Shown piece by piece: positions 10,886-24,442 of a DNA stretch of 64,000 bases (within the stretch, counting starts at the first letter, position 1; the number at the start of each line of letters is the position of its first letter). The translations under genes were made by a program, and so were the position numbers. The notes under the pieces were generated by a model that searched no databases, was not told the DNA's origin, and saw nothing but the letters and a program-made list of their open reading frames with translations. This DNA comes from Oopsacas minuta (taxonomy: Eukaryota; Animalia; Porifera): positions 512,619 through 576,618 of the forward strand of contig JAKMXF010000111.1 in NCBI GenBank assembly GCA_024704765.1. The letters run 5' to 3'.

Positions 10886-13800
10886 ATGCCTTGGTTTAAG
10901 CTACCAGAGTTCGTAAAGAAGAGAGCATGTAGATATCTGCTGCAACATTACTTAGGTCATTTCTTTAAAGAGAAGCTAGGAATTGATCAGCTGACTCTAG
11001 ATATATCAAATGGGACAGGAAGGATAACTAATGTACAGCTAGATACACAGGTAAACAATATTGAATTACAGTGGATACCGGTTATAAGAACACCCTTGGG
11101 AGTAGCATTACATGTTCTTATAACTGGCATCCACACTGAATTCGTTATTTCTGTTGTTTAGGCCTTGAATGAATCTCTTGAGAATGTGAATGCTCCCCTT
11201 GAGATCTTAGACGGCTTCGTAGCCTCACTAACCGTATTTATCCCATGGACTAACTTATTCAGAGAGAACTGTAAATTAGAGATATCAGGATTAAATGTTA
11301 CAGTAGCTCCTAGGAACGGATTCCAGTCCGCAAATTCTTGTAAGACGAATAATCTGTATTTGCTAATCTACGTAAATACATTATTGGAATGTATTTTTTA
11401 GTGTCAATGACAGAATCATTGATCTCAAGCAGCCTCACTTTAAGGTTGGTCATTATTTGTTTGTTTCTTATTTGTTTATTTCTTATTTGTTTGTAGTTTG
11501 AAAGTAGCTAAGCAGTGTATGCAGCAAGAGAGTGATTCTAATTCTAGCTTTGAGGGAATGGAGGCTTGTGCTCAAACTATTGAATCAAGTATGTTTGTGT
11601 GTTTGGTGTTTATTTACGGACATAACAAGCAACAAATATTATTAATTCTTGGTTTAGTTCTAAATAGAATAGAGATATCAGTCTCAGATGTCAGGTTTCA
11701 AATGAAATACTTCCTTCCTGATAAGACAACAGCCTCTATAATACAGCTAAATATTAATCGGTCTGTTAACAACTAATATACATACAATTAACGCCTGCTA
11801 TATCGGAGTAATTATCGTGGTCCCTTGGGCTTCGGTATAGCAGGAGTAGACTGTAATTCTATACACATTCTGTATATTATATTATTGCATCAGGATTGAG
11901 TATTTTGATGAAGCATACTACGTCGATTCAGAGGGATCTCTGTCTCCAGAACAATCACAGACAGAGGTCTGTAGCGGAGAAAGTCCTCCCTCTTCTCACA
12001 TATACACCCCACCCATCTTCTCTATCAAGAACCTCAAATTAACTGGCGTTACCCTCGATGTAGGACAGGGTCCGAATACCCGACCAAACACTACACCAGA
12101 CCCCCGGGGGTTCGGCGATAGCAGTGCTCAAATAGTCCGTAGTGATATGTATAGATCTTCATTAGAACAAGGTATTACATTCAATTCATTCGTGATACAA
12201 TAGTTTATGGTAACTGATACAGGAACTCCAACTGGACACCGTATAGACCCTCCCCCCTGTGAGGTTATATACCCCATAGCCTCTGTTAACGGTCCTGTAG
12301 AGATTAGACTCAAACTGAACTTAACTGACGACCTACCAGAACCAAAGGTATGTAATTATTATTATACTTGTGTATTCGTCTTTCTTAGAATTATCCTCCT
12401 ACCAGAACCTGTGTCCATGAGTTAAGAAGTTGGGAACCACTGTTGTTTGTATATAATTTTGTGGCATAATACATATATTATTGTCTCCCCAGTCAGAGGT
12501 GTCACTTTATGTAGCCTTAGAAATGATAAGTAATAATTACGTAATACACTGATTGAATTCAAGTACTTGTTACATTTTAAAAATTACAATACAATGATTT
12601 GAGAGAACACAACAGATAACCTACATAGCTAAAATATACACAATTCAGTAAGATAGAATTCTCATCTGATCCCATGTAACAATAAAATGCTTGAATGTGT
12701 CTTCTCTTCACACTTTATGAGTCAGACGTTTCTTCACTTTTGCTTCTTCCAGACGCGCCCAATTTAGGCGGGGCTAATTGATCCCCTGTTTCATTGTGCA
12801 CTGGGCTGTTGGCCCCAATTGGAATTGTTGATGTGTATCGGTGGTAGAGGACCTTGTTTTTGTTTACCTGGGGTGGAGGAGGCTTGGGGGGTGGAGTAGA
12901 ATGCCTATTAGGGAGACTCGCACTCATAGATTTGAGGATCTTGGACCACACGGGAGTTACAACTTCCAATTCTGCTTTTATCAAATAAGTCTCCTTTTTA
13001 TCTCTTTGAATAATTTCCAACTTCGTGTTCCCTTTCTCCTTGGTGGGGGCATACTCCTTGATCTCGAGTATACTAGCTATCGGTATTATCAGTGATTTCA
13101 CTCCTGCCCCATCGTTTTCACATATTTCAATTCTACTCTCGTATACTCTCATGTATTTCTTGATCCATATAGATAACTTATTCTGTTTCTCGATCCATCC
13201 CTGCATGACGCAGCCCTTCTCATAATCCTCAATCATATCAACAGCACCTGATTTCTTCTTTTCTTTAAAGTCTATCTTGTCTCTAGCCTCGTTAACCCCT
13301 ACGTACAGCGTCTCTATCATCTCTTCCTGCCATTTTAGAGGCATAGTCAAGTCATACCCGTCGTATTTCCTCTGATCCTCTTCGTTTAGTTTTACTTTAT
13401 GAGTCTCGGAGCTGTCAAATGATCCGATGTCATCAACCTCAGCTGCATTAACTTCACCTGTCGGCGGTAGGAAGGGGGGCTTGAGAGATCTACTAGACGC
13501 TGCTGTCCAGTTAATCGTATCGAAGAATGGGTGATTCTTGATCCCTTCCACTCCGTTCGGCGGAGATCCAAGTCTGCTGGCCGGATTTTTGGTGAGGAAC
13601 GAGCTTATGAGAGATCTGAGGTTGTTTGTCATGTTAGATGGATAAACTGGATCTTCTTTCAATGTTTTGTTTATGATTGAGTCACGATCCTTCGCGTCTT
13701 TAGTGTGAAACGGACTGTGTCCTGTCGAGATTTTATAAATAGTACAACCCAATGCAAACCAATCCACTGGGAAACTGTACTTCGTTCCTTTGTATATGAC

Positions 13801-16800
13801 CTCAGGAGCCATGTACCCATGTGTACCAACTGCACTGCTCGGGAAACTGTACTTAAGATCATGAGCTAATCCCAGATCGGATATTTTCACGTGTCCCTCT
13901 GTGTCTAACAGAACATTTGATGGTTTCATGTCCCTGTATATAATATTCTGTGAGTGCATGTGTTCCAAGCCTAGAACCATCTCAGCTGTGTAAAATCGTA
14001 CCGCATCGTTCCCCAACGCTCCCCTCTGGTCAATATGGAAGTGAAGATCCCCACCCTCTGCGAGGTCTAGGACTAGTACGAGTTGGTCTGGGGTCTGGAA
14101 TGCATAATGTAACCCCACTATAAACGGGTTATTTAGCTTACAGAGTATGTTCCTCTCATTTATGGCTAGTCCCTCACCGTTCTTGAGTTTAATCCTCTTC
14201 TTATATGACACCTTCATAGCGTACACACGACCGCTATCGATTTTCCTACACCCATAGACCTCACCGTAGCCCCCTCGTCCTAATTTCCTATGCACGTTAA
14301 AATCCTGTAGCGAAGGCTTGAAATTCATTTCCAATGCTTTCCATTGACAGAACCTTGTGAATTCTTTGCTGAGCTGAAAATTGTCGAAAACATTCTCTTT
14401 TATCTGCTGTAACAACGGTTCTGCGAAAGTACGGAATAAGTCACATGAGAAATCTCCCTGATACATTCTCTCAAGGACCTGATCGTATTGAGTCTTTGCT
14501 AATCGTAGTTCTTTAGACAGATAGTCAGGCATCATACATCTATCCGTAATTTCCTTTGCCATTTTTATCCGTGTGTTTACATCTGATTCCTTCTCATAGC
14601 TCAGAATACTGTCATAGAAGAGTAGCGGTGCTCCAATGTCCATGTTATGCTCTGCGAATTGTAACATGATTTTATACGCGATCGGTTGAATAAAAACTGC
14701 TTCGAATGTCAACTCATTCTTCTCGAAGAGTATCATTCCCATAGCGTACTGAATGCTCGTGTCTGGAAGCGCTACTTTCTTTCTTGTGAATCCGCCGCCT
14801 CTCTTCCCAGATTTGGAGTCACTGACAGCCATAATATACGAGACATCGGCTAGCACGGTCTCAATGTCAGACATTTCTTATTCGTGACTTTAGTTAGTTT
14901 GTAATGATTGAGTTAACACTAGTGTCCTTATAAATAGTAATGATATAGTGCATAATGGAATAGAATGTAACCAAATGGGGTAAAGGTATATTTCCATCGA
15001 ATTACTAGCCGAATTATCGTTCACTTTCAATTTCTAAAGGCCTAATCTTACCGTCTGCCCAATAATGGTATTGTGATTTATGCTAATCAGATATATCCAA
15101 TTCCCGTCTTAATACTGAAACAAATTAGCAGAAATAATAGTAATACCCTAGTTACGTAATGTTAGCAAGTTATGTCATATATATCTCCTTATTTGTTAGT
15201 TGAAAGTAGAATGCACAATGGGTTCACTTCACCTCTTACTATCACCAGATATTGTCCATTTATTAACTGAGATGACGACAGGACTGATCGAGGATCTAGG
15301 TAAGATTTGTAATTACTTCCTTCTCTCATAATTATTTGCATTGTTTCGCAATTGAAATATGTAAATACTATTTCCTGTATACATCAAATTATTGATTATA
15401 TAATCATTCAAACTATGTGGCTAGAAAGGCTGAAGTTGCAGAAATTTGGTACACACGATGTTCGTAGGCCTTGTACCCTTATCAATTTCCTGTATACTCC
15501 CATAAGTATGGCATACCTTTCCGGGTTTTACAAGGTATCCAGGAAATATTTGCAAATTTGAGTGCCCTTTTTCCCAAATAATCGCTTAAAATTGCTATTT
15601 ACGTGTGTAAACTTGGGAATATATGGGTTGGTAAGTATGCAATGGACTTTCGTATTTATAGCATAATATTTGTCATCGTTTAGACCAAAGGCGCCAAAGT
15701 TTGTTCCATCCTCAGAACCACGGTAGACCGATTAACCAGCAAGATTACGTGAAGATAGTTCCACAAGTCACCGATCATTTACAGAGACAAAAACTCTCTG
15801 ATAATCTCTTCTCTCTAAACTCTATACATTCTCCTGAGACAGATCTGCATTCCATCACGAGGTCTCAAGATGAGGAGGATCAGACATATTTCTCTATCCG
15901 GTCCTCTCTAGATGAAGACCTCCTCCCTCTAGATATACCCCCTGCTATGTCTATAGCTAGGAGTGATGGTATAAACATTCCATTGCGCGACCCTGGTAAC
16001 CAATTAAGTAGTATAGCAAGCTCTGGGACACCTCCAAACATCTTGTTGTCCAGAGGTTCCCCTTTAACACCTAACTCTACTCTACCCATCTCCCCTCACT
16101 ACACCCCTACTCATGTGTCTGTCCCTCGGGAACCGTTTGTATCTAAGCCCCTGACAGACTGTAATAAGTTTGTAGTCAAAATTGGTGGAATATCTCTTGC
16201 TCTTCTTCACGTCAGTATTACTAGTTTGTACCAGCTACCAGATGCTCAGGTGAATGAGTTGAATGAGTATTTACCTGAAGGAAGAACAGCTAATGAACTG
16301 AGTACTCACACACAACTAGCTCTGCTGTATTTCCATAGACTGGATAAGCTCACAGAACAATCTGGCCTGAATTATATCACAGGCACATTCCTAATGGATA
16401 AGCTTACAAAATTTGCATATGCAATCCCTAACGATCATTTGAGGTTATTTAAATATACGCACAGTAGAGTTAGACGGGCATAAGAGCTACAAATTCTTCT
16501 ATTCTTTATTAGCAAAGTAGCATGTTGTAAAAATTTCCCTTCCTAGGGATTATTTCCAACTCTAAGTCTCTGAAAAATCTTGCTAATAGTACGAATATTT
16601 CCATTATGAATTCTCTTATAGCTGTCTAGCTATAGAACTCATATATGCTAATTGTAATGCATTTAGTAGCTATAAAATCCCATAGACTACACATCAGTGG
16701 TTTGAATGCAGAAGTTCAGATCAGTGCTCTGAGGACGGAGGCTAGTCTGAGTGTTAATGGTGCTAACTTGAGTGAATGTCTGTTTGATAACCCAGCTGAT

Positions 16801-19800
16801 TTAGCACCTACCGGTCCATTTGACGCCCTCAGGGTAACAGAGGTACTAGATTCTAAATATACGATTAATCATACACAAGTGAGTTGTTGTTTACTTAATA
16901 TGTTGTTATTGTTGTTGTTGTTTGTTTGTTTGTTTGTTTATTTTGTAGGTTCTGAAGTTCCATTCTAGTCCTGAGAGATCTGATCCTTGTATCTCAGTTC
17001 GGTTTCTGTTCTCTCAGGAACAGAGAAAGGTATTTTTAATTATATCCTAGCAACGAATATTACCCTTAAGATATGTAATATGTAATATGTAATATAGTTA
17101 TAAGAGGACACTAACTGTCTCTGGCCGCCTTTGGTGTCCAACAGACTTCTCTATACCTATTTATATTTATATTCTTTAGATTGAGAACCTTTCTATTCCC
17201 AAATCTCCTCTTCTATCTTTGTCAGATTTGAATATATCTACTCTACCATTTACACTAGTACTAGACATAACAATACTAAACAGAATTCATGCTCTCTTGC
17301 AGCCAGACATGCAGGCTTCTAGCTATAACCAGTGGAGTACTTCTATTAATTACAAGTCTGTATTCCAGTCTGTACACCAGTCTATATCTACTGTAAGTAC
17401 TCTATTTATCTTTGTAACTGTATTTGTCCCCTTCGTAATATTGTAGACTCGGATTTTTGTTTATCTTACATTGCAGCTCCGTTGTATAGCTTCATTACTT
17501 CTGATATGTGTAATCTAATACTTCACATAGTTCAGGAAGTTTCTGTTGTAGATGTAATATTTCCGTTTGCATATTATCTCGCTTCACTCAATTATTACCC
17601 GATTAACAACAACAGACCGATTTGAATAGAATCTGTTACTATAAAAGAGGTCAATAGCTCTGCTATAATAGTATATTATGTCTACTATAATGGACAAAAC
17701 AGCTCCTCTCATTCAAACAAGGATACCCCATCAAGCGATAAATCTCGCATTCTTTGATATCGATCTCCCTGAACTGTCTTGTACCTCTGAACCAATTTGT
17801 CTCCTGTCCTATAACGATATCAGAAAAGCACCCTCTGTATCGGAACTAACACCTATTGGTATTCCTAAGGGATTAGCGGATACACAAGCTTAACTTCTGG
17901 AAGACTTATTACTATTTATTTTGTTATTATTTACTATTAAACTTACTTCGTTTTAGTCACCCAATTTAATTACTGGGATAATTTGTAATAATTCCATTAA
18001 TGAGAGGCTAATTAGATAAACTATTCATACGTCACATTCCAATTGACTCAACTGTAACCACGTTGTGGCTGTTTGTTATGAAATTATTTCTTATAGCAAA
18101 GACAAGTTCTGTTCCAGAACACAGTTGATGAGTCTAATGTTATAACTGAGAGACAGACGTCTCTGTATTTCAAATCTCCATCTATAGCTATTATATGCAA
18201 GTAGGTAGAGCCATATTGTCTTGTTTACTTGTTGTTGTTTGTGTTTATGACTGTTTAGGATTCCAATTTTGGAGAAGAAGGCTTGTCAGGACGCTGGACT
18301 CTGGTGGAAACCTTCTCTCAGACAAGAGTCGTTCCTAATCTCCTCAAATAATGTTCGAGCTTCCTTTCTGGATGGTTCCTTACAGAAACAGGATCAACTA
18401 GTGACTATACTAGCTGATGACTTATCTAGTATGTCTATACATCAGTCATAAATATATTATGGCAATTATTTTATGATTTCAAAGCCAATTTCTACTTTTC
18501 ATGATTTGAGTTTTGTAAATTTCTTATTTATAGTTTCACTCAGAGAGAGTGCTTCCAGTCTACCAATCAAATTGATCCTCCTGGGCACTAGATTAGGAGG
18601 ACCCTCTAGCTCTAATTGTCCAAGGTAAGACCCCCAAGGCCCAGATCGCTACAATGGTTATTCAATTGGTATTACTCCGGTTATACGAACTCCAGACCGT
18701 TGGTATTCGTATTAAAGAGATTCCACTGTATTTGAATATATATTTATTTCAGTGTTACACTTCGCCTAAAGGAAGAACCTTCGTCTCTGTTGGGGGATTC
18801 TGTTAATATTCATGTTCCACTGGATCCAGCTCCCAATGACACTACTAATATCACAGATTCTGTATACGTACAGTCAGGACAACAAACAGCATCTCCTTTC
18901 TCTTCTAAGAAATATGTACATAATCAGGAAGAGGTGATATAAATTTATGATTTGTAGCATATACTTTAATGTTTGTTATTCTAGTTGATACTCCCTGGCA
19001 ACCAGAGAGAGATGGAGGAATTTGAGACTGATACAAAGCTGAACTCATTGCATGGATTAGAGATTAATCTCCCTGTTGTTAAGATGCATATACCCAGCAA
19101 GGAAATTCTACAAATATTAGTCAATCGGTAAATAACAATAATTATAGCACAGAGTCAGTTATATCTAAGCTCAGGGGACCGTAATGATTCCTTAGATAAA
19201 ATGTTACTTTGATTTTACTGTAAATTTATATATTTGTAGTTTGACTGAGCTAATCAACTGGAACTCAGTACCTACTCAATCATTCCAGACAGAATCTGTG
19301 GATCCAAAAAAGATCTCCCCCCACCTGCTCTCCTCCTCCCCTCTAGTACCCCTCCATCACCTCTACATAGGTTAGCAATGTATGTTAATTGAATAATTAG
19401 ATTAGCATATATAAGTACAAAGTTTTAATATTGCTCTCTTAGCTCAAGAGAATGGAGAGAGACATAATTATGAATCTGATGAGGATGAATTTAGTCTGAA
19501 TTCATCTCCAGGAACTGTTAAGAACTCATCAGCCACCAGGCAGGCTAACAGTCTCAGCACTCTGTCTCTATCTGTTAATATTGATAACATAGTTATTACT
19601 GCTATCACGAGAGTACAGGTAACTTGGATACGGAATATATCTTACGATATGTACAAATATTACACACATATTTGTAGGAAGAGGTGTCAGAATCAGGACC
19701 AGACAGTCCCCTTATAGATCACGGTCCTGTTACACTAATACAGGATATAGATGAACCCATTGGGGAGTGTATGCTACAGGTATCTTATCTAAAGTTCTTT

Positions 19801-22800
19801 CATGTGACAGGGTATACAGGGAATGATACACTTAGCTATGATTCTCTATTTGTTAAAAGAGCTCAACTATCCCATAGAGGTTAGTACAGTGGATGCTGGA
19901 TATAAGCACCATCCCCTGGAAAATGGTTCTCATATATTCCGGTTATAAGAACGTGTAATGCCACTCCCAAGGGGTTCTTATAACCAGTATCTACTGTAGT
20001 AACATTCCTTTGTTACAGGTCTGCTCCATGAGGAACCTTACTCATGTGTTGACACCCCTAACCGTCCCATATCGCCTGACACTCTCCCTGTCCTTATCTA
20101 CTGCTCTGATCATCTATCTACTCTAAGCCCTGGGTTATACAACCCTAAACAGACTCAATACGATAAATCTCCTTGTATATCTCTAGCTATACGAACTAAA
20201 CAAGATCCATCGAGTCAATCTAAGGTATACTGCTAATATACACATAACAGACATCTCCTGTTATATCACAGTATTCCGATATAACAAGAGTTGACTGTAT
20301 TTGTATTTGTATTATAGGTTAATATTATTGTTTGTGTTTAGTCAATAACTATGAGTTTATTGCTGACAGGACTAGCAATGAGACACATGTTTGTACCTTC
20401 ATATCTACACTGTTTTACTCAGGTTTGTGTTGTATAATGTAATCAGTATATTAGGGTTTATATTGTTGATTGTAGTTAGGTGATTTATTCAGTTTGGGTA
20501 ATAATGAAATTGGAACTGAGACAAGTCTGAAAGAAGAGAGTATCAGGAACAGAACTAAGCCCTCTCCTGTCCTCTTCACACTATACACACATCTCAAAGA
20601 GTGTGGTATAGACTACAGGTATAGATTATTAACGAGGTCCACTGTAAGGATCATATAACTATCCTTCGATCCTGTAGACCCCTTCACATGCCTGTAAATA
20701 CCTTCATCACCATCAGTTCCTTCTGTTTCTCATCAAACATCGTATCAGGAGCTCCTACATCTATGCAGAGGTTTGTAGCTTTATTATTTACATATAAGTT
20801 TGTGTATTTATTTATTTATTTCTAACTAGAATGTTGTTGGAAGATGTTGCATTGTATTTATCTCAGAAAAAATTCAAAGGATCCCCCAATCTAAAGGAAG
20901 GTCTGTATATGTATATCTTTGTTGACATATTTGTTGTTGTCCGTGGTTGTCATGCACTCATGGACTTAGGAATGTATGTTTATAGATTATTTCTGTGCTA
21001 TGGACTTGGGATTATTGGAACTGACACTAAGATTAGCGTCTGAAGGAATTTCAGTGAGTTTAAAGTTTCCCATATAATCCAAATACTTTATTTTATTTAT
21101 TCTAGAAAATTCCACAAGTTGACTTATCAGTCAGTAGTAATACATTACACATATACACGTGTGCAGATGCTATTATAACTCTCAGAGATTTGTTACTATA
21201 CATTACAAATAATGGAGACTATGCTACTCCATCTGTTGCTCGTAACTCCTCTGTATCTACTACGAAACCTTTTGATGCTCTCCCTCCTTCACAGACTGAG
21301 GTTAGTTGATCTTAATAAATTTCAATATACTATCGTCCAAATAAGTGCTGGCAAAGAATTTCCTGAATAAAGCCCATTCGTATCTCCCTCTAGAATTGTT
21401 ATTTACTTTCATGTTGGAATCCCGAATGCCCTACTCTTAACTTGTATGTATATTTCCTAAAATTATTTGTATAGAAAGATCCTATATCTTCCTTAACACA
21501 CTCTATAACTGGACAGCTGATTGATGCAATAGAAGATTGTGTTATAGATCTGGATGATGAAGTTGTTAACAGCTGCCAGCAAGAATCTACTCCCAGCATG
21601 AAGCAGAAACCTCGTACTAAACTACATTCTGATTCAAACGGTTAGATTTTAACCTCCTGGTTTTAACGCTAATTATTTTATTTAATTAACAGAGACTTTG
21701 AAGGTATTACATACAGAAGATGGAATGGAGATATCTTTCTCAAAGAGTCAACCAAAAATACAAACACCTACTGGACTCAGGCCTAATAGCTTAACAAATC
21801 CTCTCTCTATGTCTATAAGTGGTGACTTCTCTTCTCAGTTAAGTTCCCTTGATGAGGATGATGGATTCACTCTATTATCTGACCCAAAGGTTTGTATTAA
21901 TTGTATATAGACGGTTATTCCGTTATAACCGACATACAATATACGGGAATATGTGAGAACCTGTGTTCGGAGAATGTTGCTTATAACCTGTGTTCTTATA
22001 ACCTACCTTCACTGTATTCATATTTGCATATATTAGATATCACAGATAGTTCCAGAAGTAAGAGGATTGTTAGATATTAACGAGAAGATTAGAGTAATAG
22101 AGAATCACTTCACTATACCAGTAGGTTACATAACTACTATTAATACGAATAATTAATTCAATAATCTCCCTTCTCTAGGATATTACTACGTCTGATCAGC
22201 TCCAACCTCCCTCACACTACCCCTGTCCTACACAGAGATACAGTCTGAAAGATCTTAATATAGTCTGGCATCTATACGGAGGATCTGATTTCGAATACTC
22301 TAGACAAAAGTAAACTAGAATATGAAAACTCTACTAACCGGGAACTTCTGGAAACGGAGTGAAAATAAATAGAGCGAATTCCTGGTCCCTTACAAATGAA
22401 CCTCCACAAACTGGGTAGCATTTTCTGCATCCATGGCATCCCGTTTGTGGAGGTCACACTGTAGTACTCAGTTAATTGGTTTTTATTTATTGTTTATTCT
22501 TCAGGGATAAATCAACAAATAAAAACACGTTTCCTGTCATGTCTCCGACTGTCCGTTTCTCAGATACTTCTAGTCCCCTCTACAAAGACGATGGACTCAC
22601 TCAGCTATCCATAGTCCGTAGACCAACAGACACAGACCCACAGAAAGTCAAAACAGCGGTCAATCCTACTACAAACAAAAACTGGAAAGCTCTAGGTGGC
22701 CCTGGAAGAGATCCACATGACTTGATGATTATCAAACTTTATAAAGTAAAGCTACAGCATGAAGTATATCCTCCTACAGCAGAGCAGTGTAGCAGATTTG

Positions 22801-24354
22801 TACTATTAGTTAATGATATAGAAGTTCTTGATAAACTCAAATCTTCTAGCATTAACAAATTCCTACACGTGTTTACATCTGAAGCAATGCCTAGACCTAC
22901 TCATGCTAATATTGTATGTATAAATGTATTGATTATAAGGTGTTAGATTAATCATATTTATGTAGTTAACAATAAAAGCTTTGATGTCAAGATTAGATCC
23001 AGAAATCCCGGATAATGAAGAAGCTTCTATTAAGATATCTCTGCTACCAATGAAGCTAAATATAGATCAGGTGAGTAACTATTGACTGTCTGCTCCAAAC
23101 CCGGACACATAACTACAGTCACTTCCCATTATATCTAGCACGAATATATCAAACTACCCGCCTATATCGAAGTCTAAAATTGTACAAATATGGTCCCAAA
23201 CCGTCAAAGTAACGTAATTACACCGGTTTTATCGAAGTGATTATCACGGTCCCTTGTGCTTCGATATAACGGAAGTTGACTGTATGGTGTATGAATCTCT
23301 GAGTTAATACCTGTGGAATTGAAATACAACCCTTGGGGCAAATTTCTTAGCATTTCCTTTCCTTTCCTTTCCTTTTCTTGAGGAGTGAGACACGTAATTA
23401 TGTTCATTTAATATCAAGGATGCTCTATTGATGATAAAGGAATTCTTTACAAAAATATTAGAGACAAAACCTATATCATTTCCAGGTTAGTAAACAATTA
23501 TTTGCTTTAATATTTGTTATTATTATGTTACACTCATTAGCACCTCCCTTCCTACCTACAAGCAGTATCCCTCCTGTCTCCTCTCTCACCCCTCAGTCTC
23601 AATCTAGGCCTGTATACATCAGAAGCTTCTCTTTCTATCCTGACGTTCCTATCCGTGTAGACTATCAAGCCAAACACAGACTACACATGGACCAGGTATA
23701 TAACTCAGATATATTAAATTCCAAAGCTTTACTGCCATTCCAACAGTTGGATAGATATCTTAACGATAATGACATGTATGTGTGTTACAGTTAAGTCATT
23801 GAGTATGCTCTTGCTAGATAGCTCAATAACCTGTTGTTATTTCTATCTATTATATTAGCTATTTTGATTCTTTAGGGTACGATAACAGGATTGTTGTTAA
23901 GTCTCACTGATCTCAACTGCTCTGAGATAAAACTTAAAAAGTTAAGCAGTCGGAAGGGGTACGTAACAGCCCCCTTTCCCATGGGTCCCCTTACCCCTTG
24001 TCACCCTCCTATCTCCTCTAGGTTCTTAGGATACGATAAGCTACTGGAGTATGTAATTACAGAATGGCTAACTGATATCAAGAGCTATCAGCTACCTCGA
24101 ATTATAGGAGGAGTAGGTCCCATGTATTACATCACACAATTAGGTAGGTAATGTATTCTTGTGTTAGAGCATAACAGCTGATAGGTCAAGACATTTTGAC
24201 ACCTATCTCAGAGAGTTTTTGAGATATTACTTAGATCTTAGAACTCTTTCCTAGATTTATTGCATTCCACACACATGCCAAATTTCAATTTTCTAGCTCT
24301 TACCAGTTCCTCAATTAATTCAGGACAAAATACAAATCAAGTCTTAATATATAC

Positions 24355-24442
<88 letters not shown>

